From an uncultured candidate division Zixibacteria bacterium (lineage in GTDB: Bacteria > Zixibacteria > MSB-5A5 > GN15 > FEB-12), in the NCBI GenBank assembly GCA_963664195.1, contig OY760907.1:1248001-1312000 (forward strand): a stretch of DNA of 64,000 nt, written 5' to 3'. The position numbers and the translations under genes are program-made. The notes beneath the pieces are model-generated. The model was given only the letters and a program-made list of their open reading frames with translations. It was not told the DNA's origin and ran no database searches. Shown here piece after piece: positions 28,975-39,073 of the stretch. The number at the start of each line of letters is the position of its first letter. The stretch's first letter is position 1.

Positions 28975-30281
28975 GGGCATGTAAGTATTTTTGTGTAAGC
29001 GGCCATGATGTATATTGGATTGAAGGAGGATACGCATGGCCAAGAAGCTCGACAATGCAGACAAGCTTATCGATGAAATGATCGCCGGGAAGACGCCCGA
29101 GGAGATAGTCGGCGAGGGCGGTCTTCTCGAAGCGCTTACGAAACGCGTCTACGAACGCGCCCTCGAAGGCGAGATGACGCACCATCTGGGCTACCCCCCC
29201 AAAGCCCCCGAGGGCCGCAACAGCGGCAACTCCCGCAACGGCAAGACCACCAAGACAGTTAAGACCGGGGCCGAGGATGTGAACTTAGCGATTCCCCGGG
29301 ACCGCAACGGCCAGTTCGAGCCACAGCTGGTCAAAAAGCATCAGCGTCGCCTGCCGGGTTTCGACGACAAGGTACTGGCGCTGTATGCTCGTGGGCTTTC
29401 GACCCGTGATATCCAGGGTCATCTTGAGGAGATGTACGGATCGGCCGTGTCGCCGGCGTTGATATCGGCGGTGACGGACGCAGTTTTGGAGGAGGTGACG
29501 GCGTGGCAGAACCGTCCGTTGGAGCCGGTGTATCCGATCGTGTACCTTGATGCCATCCACCTGAAGATGCGTCACAGCGGGCAGATCAAGAACCAGGCAG
29601 TGTATCTGGCTCTGGGGATCAACCGTGAGGGCGGCAAGGAGTTACTGGGGTTGTGGGTCGGCGAGCACGAGGGGGCCAAGTTCTGGTTGAACGTGCTGAC
29701 CCAGTTGAAGAACCGTGGGGTGCAGGACATCCTGATTGCCTGTGTGGACGGTCTGAGCGGTTTCCCCGACGCGATCGAGGCGGCCTATCCGAAGGCGCAG
29801 GTGCAGTTGTGCATCGTGCACATGGTGCGCAACTCGCTGAAGTATGTCTCCTGGAAACAGCGCAAGGCGGTGGCCGCCGATCTCAAGAGTGTTTATTCGG
29901 CGCCCAACGTGGAGGCCGCCGAGGAGGCCCTGGCCGCGCTTGAGGCCCGGTATGAGGACAGCTTCCCGCAAATCGCGCGCTCGTGGCGATCCTGCTGGGT
30001 GAACATCATTCCGTTTTTTGACTATCCGCCGGCGATTCGGAAAGTTATCTATACGACTAATGCGATTGAATCGATGAACGCTCAGCTGCGGAAAGTTACG
30101 TCGCGGCTCGACCGCCGACTCGGTGAGGAAGGTGCTGTATTTGGCGATACAGAGAATCTCGATGAAGTGGAAACGACCGATCAAAGACTGGGTGGCGGCA
30201 CTCAACCACTTCAGCATCATGTTTGAGGGAAGAATCTGACAACCGTGAAAAGGCTGCTTACACAAAATTCTGTACAGACCC
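28975..30281 (+). mobile_element. IS256-family insertion sequence with 9-bp TSD TGGAGGCTG
   Basis: Imperfect 26-bp TIRs GGGCATGTAAGTATTTTTGTGTAAGC / GGGTCTGTACAGAATTTTGTGTAAGC; TSD at 28966-28974 and 30282-30290. Confidence 0.95.
29036..30239 (+). pseudogene. IS256 transposase, frameshifted near 30100
   Basis: RNG, IPRDRNG, QLCIVHMVRNS, YTTNAIES; native-looking C-terminus SVRKVLYLAIQ...FEGRI lies in another frame. Confidence 0.85.
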
Positions 30282-30536
30282 TGGAGGCTGTGTCACAATA
30301 GCACCTTGCCCGTCAGTCGCAGCTTCGCGTTGACGAGACAACCTTACATATATCGGGCTGACAAAGACTTATGAGTACTGCACGATACTTGAGTTGACAG
30401 TCATCTACCTCTGAGCGGGTGGCCCAGAGTAGCTGCTGACCGGTCCATCATTGACGAGGTGAACGCGGAAGACTAGCGACCTGTAGACAAGGACCAGTTG
30501 TCCGCAGAAAAACGCAGGCTCACTCGCATCATCTGC

Positions 30537-31043
30537 CTAGCGAAAGAACGAACCCTTTCCCCTGAAATGCTTGTGGAAATCGTTCGTAAAAACTCCCCCT
30601 TGCCTGCTTGAGCAATGTTGAATCTCAACAGTGATCTTTCCGCCTGAGTCTTTCCTCACGGTCTTGACCAAGCCGCAATGATCGCGAGCACTGTTTGCCC
30701 AGATATCTCCGACCCGCACACCCTCAAGCTTCCCGAACTTGCCAACTTCGACCCTTCCGGAGACAAGATCCGGTACACGGACCAAGCAGTTCTGCGCACA
30801 TCGAGTCGAGGCTCCATGAGTGAGCCTCTTCTGATGTGCTACCCAATGCGCACATCCGGTTCCGGGGATGGGCTTCCAGTCGCTTCCTGTGAACCAGACC
30901 ATACAGTCTCTGGGAGTCACATGCCTATCAACACCTCGAGCAGCGGCATTTTGTCCGTCCAAGCACTTCTTGCAGTAGCCTCGTCCCCATTTCGTCCCAA
31001 CAGCATCCCTGCCAAGATGAATGTGACACTTCTTGCTAGGCAT
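30537..31043 (-). CDS. putative Cys-His amidase (NlpC/P60/CHAP-like)
   Basis: GCAHWVAH...GDIW...DHCGLV pattern; no signal peptide. Confidence 0.55.
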   Translation of the reverse strand: MPSKKCHIHLGRDAVGTKWGRGYCKKCLDGQNAAARGVDRHVTPRDCMVWFTGSDWKPIPGTGCAHWVAHQKRLTHGASTRCAQNCLVRVPDLVSGRVEVGKFGKLEGVRVGDIWANSARDHCGLVKTVRKDSGGKITVEIQHCSSRQGGVFTNDFHKHFRGKGSFFR

Positions 31044-31089
31044 AGGCTCCCTCCTTCAACTCACTAACAGCGACTCGGATACTCGGATG

Positions 31090-31500
31090 TCAATATTCAG
31101 ACTCTCTGTCACCGATCAGCTTGTTGAGATGACCTCGAATGACGCTCTGTGCGGCAGTATCTGTATACTCACTGTAGAATAGCGAGTCGATGAGATCGAC
31201 TGGATGTGAAGGCAGGAAGTACGCTCGCAGTATCTGCTGACTGTTCCACGAAGTGCTGTCGCCAGTGTAGTTCGAGTAGCGCTGGACACGCAAAGACTCA
31301 GGTGGCATGCTCAGCAGATCGCCCAGGGCACGGAGAATCTCTGCTCTTTGATCATCAGTCTCAGATTGTCTCTCTGCATCGCGAAGGTACTCGACAACTG
31401 AATTCACACCGCTCGGCGGCTCTTGCTCAGACTCACCTTTACAACCGAGAAGCACAAAGAGAAGCGGCAATACCATGATTGCTCGTTGAATCCAACGCAT
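31090..31500 (-). CDS. hypothetical lipoprotein
   Basis: Lipobox LLGC after hydrophobic stretch. Confidence 0.75.
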   Translation of the reverse strand: MRWIQRAIMVLPLLFVLLGCKGESEQEPPSGVNSVVEYLRDAERQSETDDQRAEILRALGDLLSMPPESLRVQRYSNYTGDSTSWNSQQILRAYFLPSHPVDLIDSLFYSEYTDTAAQSVIRGHLNKLIGDRESEY

Positions 31501-31760
31501 ATGCTACCCCTATTCCACATTGATATGTGCTCAGGAGAAAAATAGTGACACGCAGCTACTTGTCAAGCCTTGATATCCGTGCCTCTTCCCTCACATCTCG
31601 TCGCCTCCCAAAACTCATCGGCCCGCACACCGCATGGTACCTTAGTCTGATAATCGTCAACGAGGTTGACTCGTGCACTAATTGTCTACCGGAAACATAC
31701 AGCGGCGCTGTCGCTACTGTGGCCTCTCACAGTAAGGTTCCATATTACTGACAGGCAATT

Positions 31761-31787
31761 GTAGGTCGAAACCCCTATGGTTTCGAC
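31761..31787 (+). repeat. GTAG-type REP
   Basis: GTAG-GTCGAAACC-cctat-GGTTTCGAC. Confidence 0.55.
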
Positions 31788-31857
31788 AAGACATCGCACC
31801 CCAAGATGTGCGGCACATACAACTGAAAGTCACGACCGTGACCAAATCTTAGACGCC

Positions 31858-32070
31858 TCAGCCAAAACCTGAGCCGCAGCCTCCCGAAGGAGTCCCGCCG
31901 CCGGCAGGACCGCTCGAAGATGAACCACCGGTCGACGCGGCAAAGGTCGAGATCAGTTTTGAGGTCTCGACTGAACCACATTTCGGGCAGTTCACCGAAG
32001 CATCAGCGTTCGGCACCAACTCCTCGAACTTGTGATCGCAGCTTATACATTTGTATTCAAAAATCGGCAT
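31858..32070 (-). CDS. FmdB-family zinc ribbon protein
   Basis: MPIFEYKCISCDHKFEEL...CPKCGS. Confidence 0.92.
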   Translation of the reverse strand: MPIFEYKCISCDHKFEELVPNADASVNCPKCGSVETSKLISTFAASTGGSSSSGPAGGGTPSGGCGSGFG

Positions 32071-32072
32071 CG

Positions 32073-32312
32073 TTACCTCTTTGTATCCGTTTGGGACAAG
32101 ACCGCCCCAAATATCGCCCCCATGCCTGTCGTCAGCCACGGGTTACACATGATCTGTCACGTCGAGCCAAAGTGCGAGTACAGCATCGACGCGACAAACC
32201 CCACCCCGCCGCCAACAACGGCAGCTATGCCGGCCCGCATCCAACGGTTCTTGATCAGCTGCGGTTTCGGCCGGTCCTCGGGGTCTATCTCTGGCGGTTT
32301 CGGGTCAATCAT
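32073..32312 (-). CDS. small 2-TM DUF6132-like protein with in-frame UGA (candidate selenoprotein)
   Basis: 79 aa ...LYSHFGST-U-QIMCNPWLTTGMGAIFGAVL; fills the gap between DUF302 stop and FmdB start with 2-nt spacers; hairpin after UGA. Confidence 0.75.
32119..32142 (-). promoter_or_regulatory. bacterial SECIS-like hairpin
   Basis: CCCGUG-G-CUG-ACGA-CAG-G-CAUGGG starting 14 nt after the UGA at 32159-32157. Confidence 0.55.
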
Positions 32313-32314
32313 TT

Positions 32315-32716
32315 CTACACTGCCGCTTCCATAAGGCCTATCAACCGCATCTCGACCTCTTCGGCCAGATCAGACAGTCCCTTGGCCGGGAGCATATCGG
32401 TCATTATCGACGGACGTGCCAACCTCACAATCGTTTTGCCGCCTTCGGTGTGCACCGAGTACCGACACGGCATAAACAGCGCCACGTGGTTAGACCGCTG
32501 CAAGGCTTCGTGCGCGAATCCCGCGTTGCACACCTCAACAATCTTCAGCGGGCCGCGCTTGAAACCCTTGCCGGCAAGCGTTTCCTGTACGTCGTGGACG
32601 GCCAGCACCCGGAAGGAATTAGCCGTCGCCTGTTGCTCAAGAGCAGCCACCACCCCATCAACTGACTTCTTCGATTCCATCTGGTAAGCCAGTTTTTCGA
32701 TCATGTGTTCACCCAT
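32315..32716 (-). CDS. DUF302 domain protein
   Basis: FRVLAVHDVQETL, IVEVCN, LFMPCR. Confidence 0.88.
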   Translation of the reverse strand: MGEHMIEKLAYQMESKKSVDGVVAALEQQATANSFRVLAVHDVQETLAGKGFKRGPLKIVEVCNAGFAHEALQRSNHVALFMPCRYSVHTEGGKTIVRLARPSIMTDMLPAKGLSDLAEEVEMRLIGLMEAAV

Positions 32717-32769
32717 CGTTTCTTGTCCTCTTTCTCGTTTAGACAGGCAGTACCGCTAAATGATTCACG

Positions 32770-33189
32770 CTATTCTTCAATTATCTCGTGGCTGGTAACG
32801 ACCTTCGTTTCGAGCTGAATCGTCTGGCTAACCACACAGTACTTCGCTTCCGACAACTCAATCGCTTTTGCCAGCTTCTTTTCGTTCAGATTCTTACCCT
32901 TTGCGATGAACTTCATCTCTATAGTATGAAACGGTTTGGGGTACTCATCGTTCTGCTCGGCCTTAAGTTCGATCTCCAGCGATGTCAGTTCCTGACGTTG
33001 TTTCTCCAGAATCCGAACAACGTCGATTCCGGCGCATCCTGCCATGCCGTACAGCAGAAGCTCCGTTGGCTTGAACCCTTCCTCGTTGCCGCCCGACGCT
33101 TTGGCCCCATCGGTGATGATTTGGTGTCCAAACGCCGAGGTTCCTTCAAACTTAAGTCCCCCGCCCCAGCTCATTTTCGCTTCAACCAT
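32770..33189 (-). CDS. OsmC-family protein
   Basis: PTELLLYGMAGCAGIDV, SEAKYCVV. Confidence 0.92.
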   Translation of the reverse strand: MVEAKMSWGGGLKFEGTSAFGHQIITDGAKASGGNEEGFKPTELLLYGMAGCAGIDVVRILEKQRQELTSLEIELKAEQNDEYPKPFHTIEMKFIAKGKNLNEKKLAKAIELSEAKYCVVSQTIQLETKVVTSHEIIEE

Positions 33190-33304
33190 AATTCTCCTAA
33201 CAGATATCAAATAATCAACCGATTGTTAGATTCCCGTGAGGAAAGGTACACATTTTGACTCTTCGGCACAATCAAGCGCTCTCTCTTATTTGGTAGTCGC
33301 CTTT

Positions 33305-35479
33305 CTATTTTGCCGTCTCTCCAATTTGATCCAACTCCGCCTCAAACTCTGCAACTGTCCCCACCGGCAGTCGACAGACCGAATTGCGACAGAAAAACGC
33401 CAGCGCTTCACCTTCCCCACCCTTGCGCCCCTCGAACAGCGGCCATGTCTCGTCACCGCTGACGCTCAGCGCTACGAGTTTGTTGGGCAGATACCGGCTG
33501 TTGAGCGCGTCGATCATCTTGCCCCGTTCGCCGCTGTCGCCGACAATCACAATCTCCACCTTGTCAGACAGGTGATAGTCCAGCGCCAGCAGCGCCGAGG
33601 ACATCATGGCTGGCGAGGCCGACATCGTCCCGGAGATCGCACCCAGAGCCTTATTCGCAGCAGCCTCTAGTTCTATGCTTTCAGTCAAACGCTGAAGTTT
33701 CAGCAACCCGGCTATCAAGTACGATCCCGGTGCCGGAAGCGCCCCGTCATTTGGATCATGCGGTCGAATAATCAGATCGTTATGCCCCTCATCCCGAAGA
33801 TACAAATGCCCCTCGCCATCCATAAACAACTTCACGGCGTTCTCAGCCAGCTCGACTGCAAACTCCAGCCAGCGGCTGTTGTCATTCGACGGGTCACTCT
33901 GGTACAACTCAATGAGGCCGTGTACGTAGTAGCCGTAGTCCTCAAGAAACTGTCCGGTCGAATGCCGCCCTTCGCGATAGGAGTGAGTCAGTTTGCCGTC
34001 GCGGAAGAGTTTTGCATGTACGAACTCGGCGTTCTTTCTCGCGGCCTCCAGATACCGTGCATCTCTGGTGACCTGATACCCTTTGCACAGAGCACCCAGG
34101 GCCAGACCGTTCCACGAGGTCAACGTCTTGTCATCGGTGGCAGGACGTACGCGCTCGGCTCGTTTCTCCAACAGCTTGCTCTTTGAAACTTCCAACCATT
34201 CGTCGAAATCATCCTTGCCGGAACTTTCGCGAACGCGAGCCGAGCCTGAGATCGTGTTGAGGATGTTGTGACCCTCGAAATTCCCGCCCTCGGTGACGTT
34301 GTGGTATTTACAGAATAGAACGGCGTCTTCGCCAAGGACGGATTCGATTTCGGCTTTGGACCAAACGTAGAACTTGCCCTCTTCCCCTTCCGAATCCGCA
34401 TCCAACGCCGAGTAAAACCCACCGGTCTGGTGTGTCATCTCTCGAAGAATGAAATCCAGCGTCTCCCGCACAACTCGCCGATACTCCTCATTGCCGGTCA
34501 ATTGGAACGCCTCGGCATACACGGGGACGAGCAGTCCGTTGTCGTACAGCATCTTCTCGAAATGCGGCACCAGCCATCGCTCGTCGACTGAGTACCGTGC
34601 GAACCCGCCGCCAAGGTGATCGTAGATCCCCCCATGTGCCATGCCTTTGAGAGCGGATTGTACCGCCTCGAGAAACTTGAAGTCCCCTGACTCTCGATAG
34701 TACCGGAGAAAGAGCGACAGATCGGTCGCGTGCGGGAATTTCGGGGCATTGCCAAACCCACCGTGGACAGGATCAAAACCCCGCATCAACTGTTTTGCAC
34801 CGCGCGAGGTCAGATCAGGCGTGAGTGCTCCCCGTTCTGACTCAACCACTAGCCGACGGCTTATCTCGGTGGTGATTTTCTCAGCTGATTGCAGGATCTG
34901 ATTTCTGTCCTCGGCGTAGGCGCGGGCTATCTCTGTCACGACTTTGCGAAATCCCGGACGGCCGTAGGCGTCATCGGGTGGGAAGTACGTTCCGGCGAAA
35001 AACGGCTTAAGATCTGGTGTCAGAAATACCGACATCGGCCAACCACCGCCGCCGGTCATCGCGGTCGTAAACGCCATATAGATATGATCGAGATCGGGGC
35101 GCTGCTCACGGTCCACTTTGATCGCGATATAGTCCTGGTTCAATAGCGCCGCGATTTCCTCGTTCTCAAACGACTCACGCTCCATCACGTGACACCAGTG
35201 GCAGGCGGCGTAGCCTATCGACAGGAAGATTGGTTTGTCTTCGGTCTTTGCCTTTTCAAGCGCCACGTCGCCCCAGGGATACCAATCCACAGGATTATGG
35301 GCATGCGAGAGCAGGTAAGGTGAGTTTTCGTTTATCAGATGATTTGTGTGTTTGTGCTCCATCGTTTTGCTTTCCGTTATGTCATCCTCCCCGGCATCGC
35401 TGGGGCCGCACCCGCACAACAGAACGAGTCCGAGTATTCCCAGAGTTCGACCAGCCCGGTGTATTGAGTTGAGAACCAT
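33305..35479 (-). CDS. thioredoxin domain-containing protein (YyaL/SPATA20 family)
   Basis: [38 protein letters not shown]; possible lipoprotein signal LLCGC. Confidence 0.93.
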   Translation of the reverse strand: MVLNSIHRAGRTLGILGLVLLCGCGPSDAGEDDITESKTMEHKHTNHLINENSPYLLSHAHNPVDWYPWGDVALEKAKTEDKPIFLSIGYAACHWCHVMERESFENEEIAALLNQDYIAIKVDREQRPDLDHIYMAFTTAMTGGGGWPMSVFLTPDLKPFFAGTYFPPDDAYGRPGFRKVVTEIARAYAEDRNQILQSAEKITTEISRRLVVESERGALTPDLTSRGAKQLMRGFDPVHGGFGNAPKFPHATDLSLFLRYYRESGDFKFLEAVQSALKGMAHGGIYDHLGGGFARYSVDERWLVPHFEKMLYDNGLLVPVYAEAFQLTGNEEYRRVVRETLDFILREMTHQTGGFYSALDADSEGEEGKFYVWSKAEIESVLGEDAVLFCKYHNVTEGGNFEGHNILNTISGSARVRESSGKDDFDEWLEVSKSKLLEKRAERVRPATDDKTLTSWNGLALGALCKGYQVTRDARYLEAARKNAEFVHAKLFRDGKLTHSYREGRHSTGQFLEDYGYYVHGLIELYQSDPSNDNSRWLEFAVELAENAVKLFMDGEGHLYLRDEGHNDLIIRPHDPNDGALPAPGSYLIAGLLKLQRLTESIELEAAANKALGAISGTMSASPAMMSSALLALDYHLSDKVEIVIVGDSGERGKMIDALNSRYLPNKLVALSVSGDETWPLFEGRKGGEGEALAFFCRNSVCRLPVGTVAEFEAELDQIGETAK

Positions 35480-35688
35480 ACGTTCTGCCGGCTACGGGTT
35501 TCGTTGTATCCTGTCGACGGGACAGAACCACCCATAGACAGACTTCAGGGGTTGTAACAGAAGAGAAAGTAGATTGTTCGGAGAAAGGACATTTGGGCTG
35601 GGTTGCCACCAATTCAGCGGGTTTCTGCTCCGGTGCGGCACCAAGGCGAAGAAACATCGGCGACTACTCTCATACTTGGGCAGCGATC

Positions 35689-37149
35689 TCAGTCTACATC
35701 TATCGATGTGCCAAAAAAGGCCGACATCCGTAGATTCAAAAACGGAAGCGATTCGAGGTCACTCTCGATATGACCGCGGTTCTTCACCCATTGCATCCCG
35801 GCCGTCAGATCGACAAACGCAAAGTCGGTCAGAAATCCGTTTAACCCCGCTGAAAGCGTTGTCGTCTTCTGCACCGTGCCGGTCGGGAACGGTTCTGCAT
35901 AGTCGCTTGCGCCTTCCGCGGTCCAGGGTGAGGTCCAGTCAGCGTCGATACGGCCTTCCCCCTGACGGTACAGGCTGAAACCTACGCTGCTCTTCAAACG
36001 GTAGTTCCACCAGCGGATCATCGACAGCTTCAGCAGGTCGTAATCGTTACCGAGTGCGCCGCCGATCGGGGTGCCATCGTTGGTGAACCGGTTGCGATCG
36101 TATATCTGGTTGAACGTCCAATTGGTCACGATATTGTATTCCACCCGCACATCCAGATCACGCACCACGTCAGCCGCGTACAGTCCAAGGATTATACCAA
36201 ACTGATCCGGTTCTTGATCACTAGCGGTTTTGTTGTCAAACTGGATATCATCCAGCAACACCTGACCGTAGAAATTGTAACCGAGAATCGGCTTGTACGA
36301 AAAATCCAACCCGACCACCGTGTTATCGTTGGTTCCCACGTTGAGTTGGGTGCTGTGAAAGAATATCAACGGATTGAGATAGTACAAATCAATCTGCCGC
36401 CCAGGACCACCAAATACAACCGTCTCGAAAGCTCCGAGCCGAAGGTTCCTCGCAAGGTGCACGTCCACCCGGTGCGCGGCCACATATCGATTCACGTATT
36501 GACTGACCGTGTCCTCGTCCGGATTAAGTCCGTCGAGCCCCCCCAGCCGATACGACACTGCCAGCCGTCCCCAACGGAACGTGTATCCGAACCCGTCGAG
36601 CTTCTGATTTGGTGCCAGCGTCAGCGAATTGCGGGGTCCCCAAAACGAAGCAAACCGTCCGCCGATCATTTCCAGCTTGCCGAGTTTGTAGGTGACAAAC
36701 GCCTGGTCAACATCGCCGGCCAACCCGCGCCATTTCTTGCCGGTGTAGTCGGGATCTTTAGCTAATTGCTCATCGAGCTTAAATGCCCCGTAAACAAACA
36801 TCCGGTCCACTGGCCGTGCGACTATTCCCCCACGAAGAGTCTCATAGCCTGTTGCCCGGTTATCTTTGCTGCTACGGAAATCTTCTGTTAGGAATCCGAA
36901 AACCTCAAGCTTGTCGTGCGGGATTGCGCGCCAGCGACGGAACGGTCCCAGATTGATATCGGCTGCCTCCATTGAGTACGGACCGAGTTGATAATCGAAA
37001 TAGTCAAACGTCAGGGCCTCGTTGCGCTCCGCCCTTTCATAGATGAAATCGAATTCAGGATGACCAACCGGAAAAACGCCGGCACTGGCAGAAGGGAGAA
37101 AGGCAGACAGGAGGAAAAACAGAACCCGAAACAGATAGCTTTTACGCAT
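35689..37149 (-). CDS. capsule assembly Wzi-family outer membrane protein
   Basis: Signal peptide, AAHRVD, YLNPLIFFH, YGQVLLDD; next to sugar transferase. Confidence 0.75.
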   Translation of the reverse strand: MRKSYLFRVLFFLLSAFLPSASAGVFPVGHPEFDFIYERAERNEALTFDYFDYQLGPYSMEAADINLGPFRRWRAIPHDKLEVFGFLTEDFRSSKDNRATGYETLRGGIVARPVDRMFVYGAFKLDEQLAKDPDYTGKKWRGLAGDVDQAFVTYKLGKLEMIGGRFASFWGPRNSLTLAPNQKLDGFGYTFRWGRLAVSYRLGGLDGLNPDEDTVSQYVNRYVAAHRVDVHLARNLRLGAFETVVFGGPGRQIDLYYLNPLIFFHSTQLNVGTNDNTVVGLDFSYKPILGYNFYGQVLLDDIQFDNKTASDQEPDQFGIILGLYAADVVRDLDVRVEYNIVTNWTFNQIYDRNRFTNDGTPIGGALGNDYDLLKLSMIRWWNYRLKSSVGFSLYRQGEGRIDADWTSPWTAEGASDYAEPFPTGTVQKTTTLSAGLNGFLTDFAFVDLTAGMQWVKNRGHIESDLESLPFLNLRMSAFFGTSIDVD

Positions 37150-37216
37150 AAGCGGCGACCTAATCCATGGCACCGGAGGTTGAATCGATTGAGTGGGGGC
37201 AAGGCCCCCTGTCGTC

Positions 37217-38974
37217 TTACTTCCCCGACCCCTTCATTACCGCCGGAATCGTTTTGGCAAGAATCTTGGCGTCGAGCCAGAGCGACCAGTTGTCAATGTA
37301 CTGCAAGTCGAGCCGCATCCAGTCCTCGAAATCGATCGCATTCCTGCCGTTCACCTGCCAGAGACAGGTCAGGCCGGGTTTCACAGAGAGCTTGCGATGC
37401 TGCCAGGGTTCAAACTTCCTGACCTCGGCCGGCAACGGCGGCCGCGGACCAACCAGCGACATGTTCCCGGCGATCACGTTAAACAACTGCGGGAGTTCAT
37501 CGAGCGAATACTTGCGAAGGAACCGTCCGACATCGGTAACTCTCGGATCGCTGGCTATTTTGAACACCGGGCCGGACATCTCGTTGTGTTCCAGCAACTC
37601 CTTCTTGCGTCCCTCGGCGTCGGAACACATCGTACGGAACTTGTAGAGCATGAACTGCTTGCCGTTCAATCCGGAGCGGACCTGCTTGAACAGGATTGGC
37701 CCCTTGCTGTTGGCTTTGACTACTGCCGCTACCGCTATCATGACAGGCGCAAAAAGAACCAGGCCGAGCAGTGCGCCGATTCGGTCAAGGACAGATTTGC
37801 ACAGCAGCGCGACTCGACCTTCCGGTACAGACCGGTAGATCATGGCCGGCATCCCGTTGATATAGGAGGGCCTTATACGCGCAACTTTTGGATCGTACAC
37901 ACTCGGCATTGCAAAAACACTCACGCCCATTTTTTCGGCGGTCTTCAGCACATCCCACGCTCGCGGGATGTCCAGAGGTTCCACCGCCCAGAACAGGGCA
38001 TCCACCTGGGTATTGGCCACGATCTCTTCCAGGGTGTCGGGATGGCCAATCAGCGGCACATCACGATATCTCCAGAGTCCCTTCTTGCGATAGTCAAGAA
38101 AGCCCAGCAACCGGGTTTCAAGTTCCGGAGATCTGAGCACCATATCCGCTACCTTGCGGGCATGCGCACCGGTACCTACTATTATTGCCTGTTGAGTCGC
38201 CACTTCCGTGTGTCCACCCATTTTGTCGTAGCTCGCCATAGTAGTAATAACAAAACGTGACATACTCATCAAGCATAATTGTAGAATTATACTGCCGAGA
38301 TAGAATATTCCGAGCGTAGACAGCTCAACCGACCAGCTCATAACGAAGCAACTCGCTGCCAGGCCAATACTTATAGCGGTTTCGTCGGTCAGAAGACGGG
38401 GCAGCCGCTTCCAGACCTGACGTTGCTCCAACACCGCTTTCGGTCCCCGGGTATGAAAATACCCCACCCGGAGGATCGCCAGGCCCAGCAGGGCCTCGTA
38501 CATCCAACCACCCGCACAGCCGCTGAGCGTCAGAATCGTCCAGAGTGCAGTCAGTGACAGGATGGCAGCCCCAATCTGTCCAGAGGCAATCAGGGCCAGC
38601 TTCCATACCAAACGTCGCCGAACCGGCTGCCCGGCAGTTGTGTTTTGGTCTTTGGCTAAGAAAGCATCGACATATGTGTTTTCGGAAGCAAATCTCTGCT
38701 CCTGACGACCTGCGAACGTGCCTTCGTCCGGGCAAACGGTAGCCGTTTTCTCCAACCCAGAACCCCCTTCTGATGTACCCCCCCGGACAACTCGCAGGGA
38801 TTGCATCGACCGCGACCCTTGCGATACCTGCCCACCGGCATCAAGCGCTTCGTTTTCGGATGTCTTATTCGTGTTGTGTAGAGTATCGTCCGCAGACCGG
38901 TATGCTTTAGTATCTGTCGGATACGGTCTGTCCTGAACCTGCTTCCGTGCAAGTGCGGTTTGTGACATACGCAA
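37217..38974 (-). CDS. priming undecaprenyl-phosphate glycosylphosphotransferase (WcaJ-like)
   Basis: YKFRTM, DPRVT, SLDELPQL, MSLVGPRP, KPGLTCLWQV; true start uncertain. Confidence 0.92.
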   Translation of the reverse strand: MRMSQTALARKQVQDRPYPTDTKAYRSADDTLHNTNKTSENEALDAGGQVSQGSRSMQSLRVVRGGTSEGGSGLEKTATVCPDEGTFAGRQEQRFASENTYVDAFLAKDQNTTAGQPVRRRLVWKLALIASGQIGAAILSLTALWTILTLSGCAGGWMYEALLGLAILRVGYFHTRGPKAVLEQRQVWKRLPRLLTDETAISIGLAASCFVMSWSVELSTLGIFYLGSIILQLCLMSMSRFVITTMASYDKMGGHTEVATQQAIIVGTGAHARKVADMVLRSPELETRLLGFLDYRKKGLWRYRDVPLIGHPDTLEEIVANTQVDALFWAVEPLDIPRAWDVLKTAEKMGVSVFAMPSVYDPKVARIRPSYINGMPAMIYRSVPEGRVALLCKSVLDRIGALLGLVLFAPVMIAVAAVVKANSKGPILFKQVRSGLNGKQFMLYKFRTMCSDAEGRKKELLEHNEMSGPVFKIASDPRVTDVGRFLRKYSLDELPQLFNVIAGNMSLVGPRPPLPAEVRKFEPWQHRKLSVKPGLTCLWQVNGRNAIDFEDWMRLDLQYIDNWSLWLDAKILAKTIPAVMKGSGK

Positions 38975-39073
38975 GATCCTTCTGCGTTTCTCTCTATCTC
39001 TGCCGTCGGCCCTGGCTGCGTCCTTGCTGCATAGGCCGGCTTACAGTAAAAAGTCTGTCTTGTTGCTCTCGAG

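Noticed and set aside
28950..30297. TGTGTCACA repeats flanking the IS256 as part of the element
   Set aside because: They lie outside the 9-bp TSD and belong to the target site; no evidence for function
31063..31100. attC-like site or short repeat (ACTCGGAT twice) between lipoprotein and amidase genes
   Set aside because: Too short and does not fit the attC consensus
37193..38260. Long antisense ORFs (e.g. 37193-38260, 48647-49615, 57521-58456, 58966-59787, 31920-32687)
   Set aside because: Shadow frames opposite well-supported genes in GC-rich DNA, with no recognisable motifs
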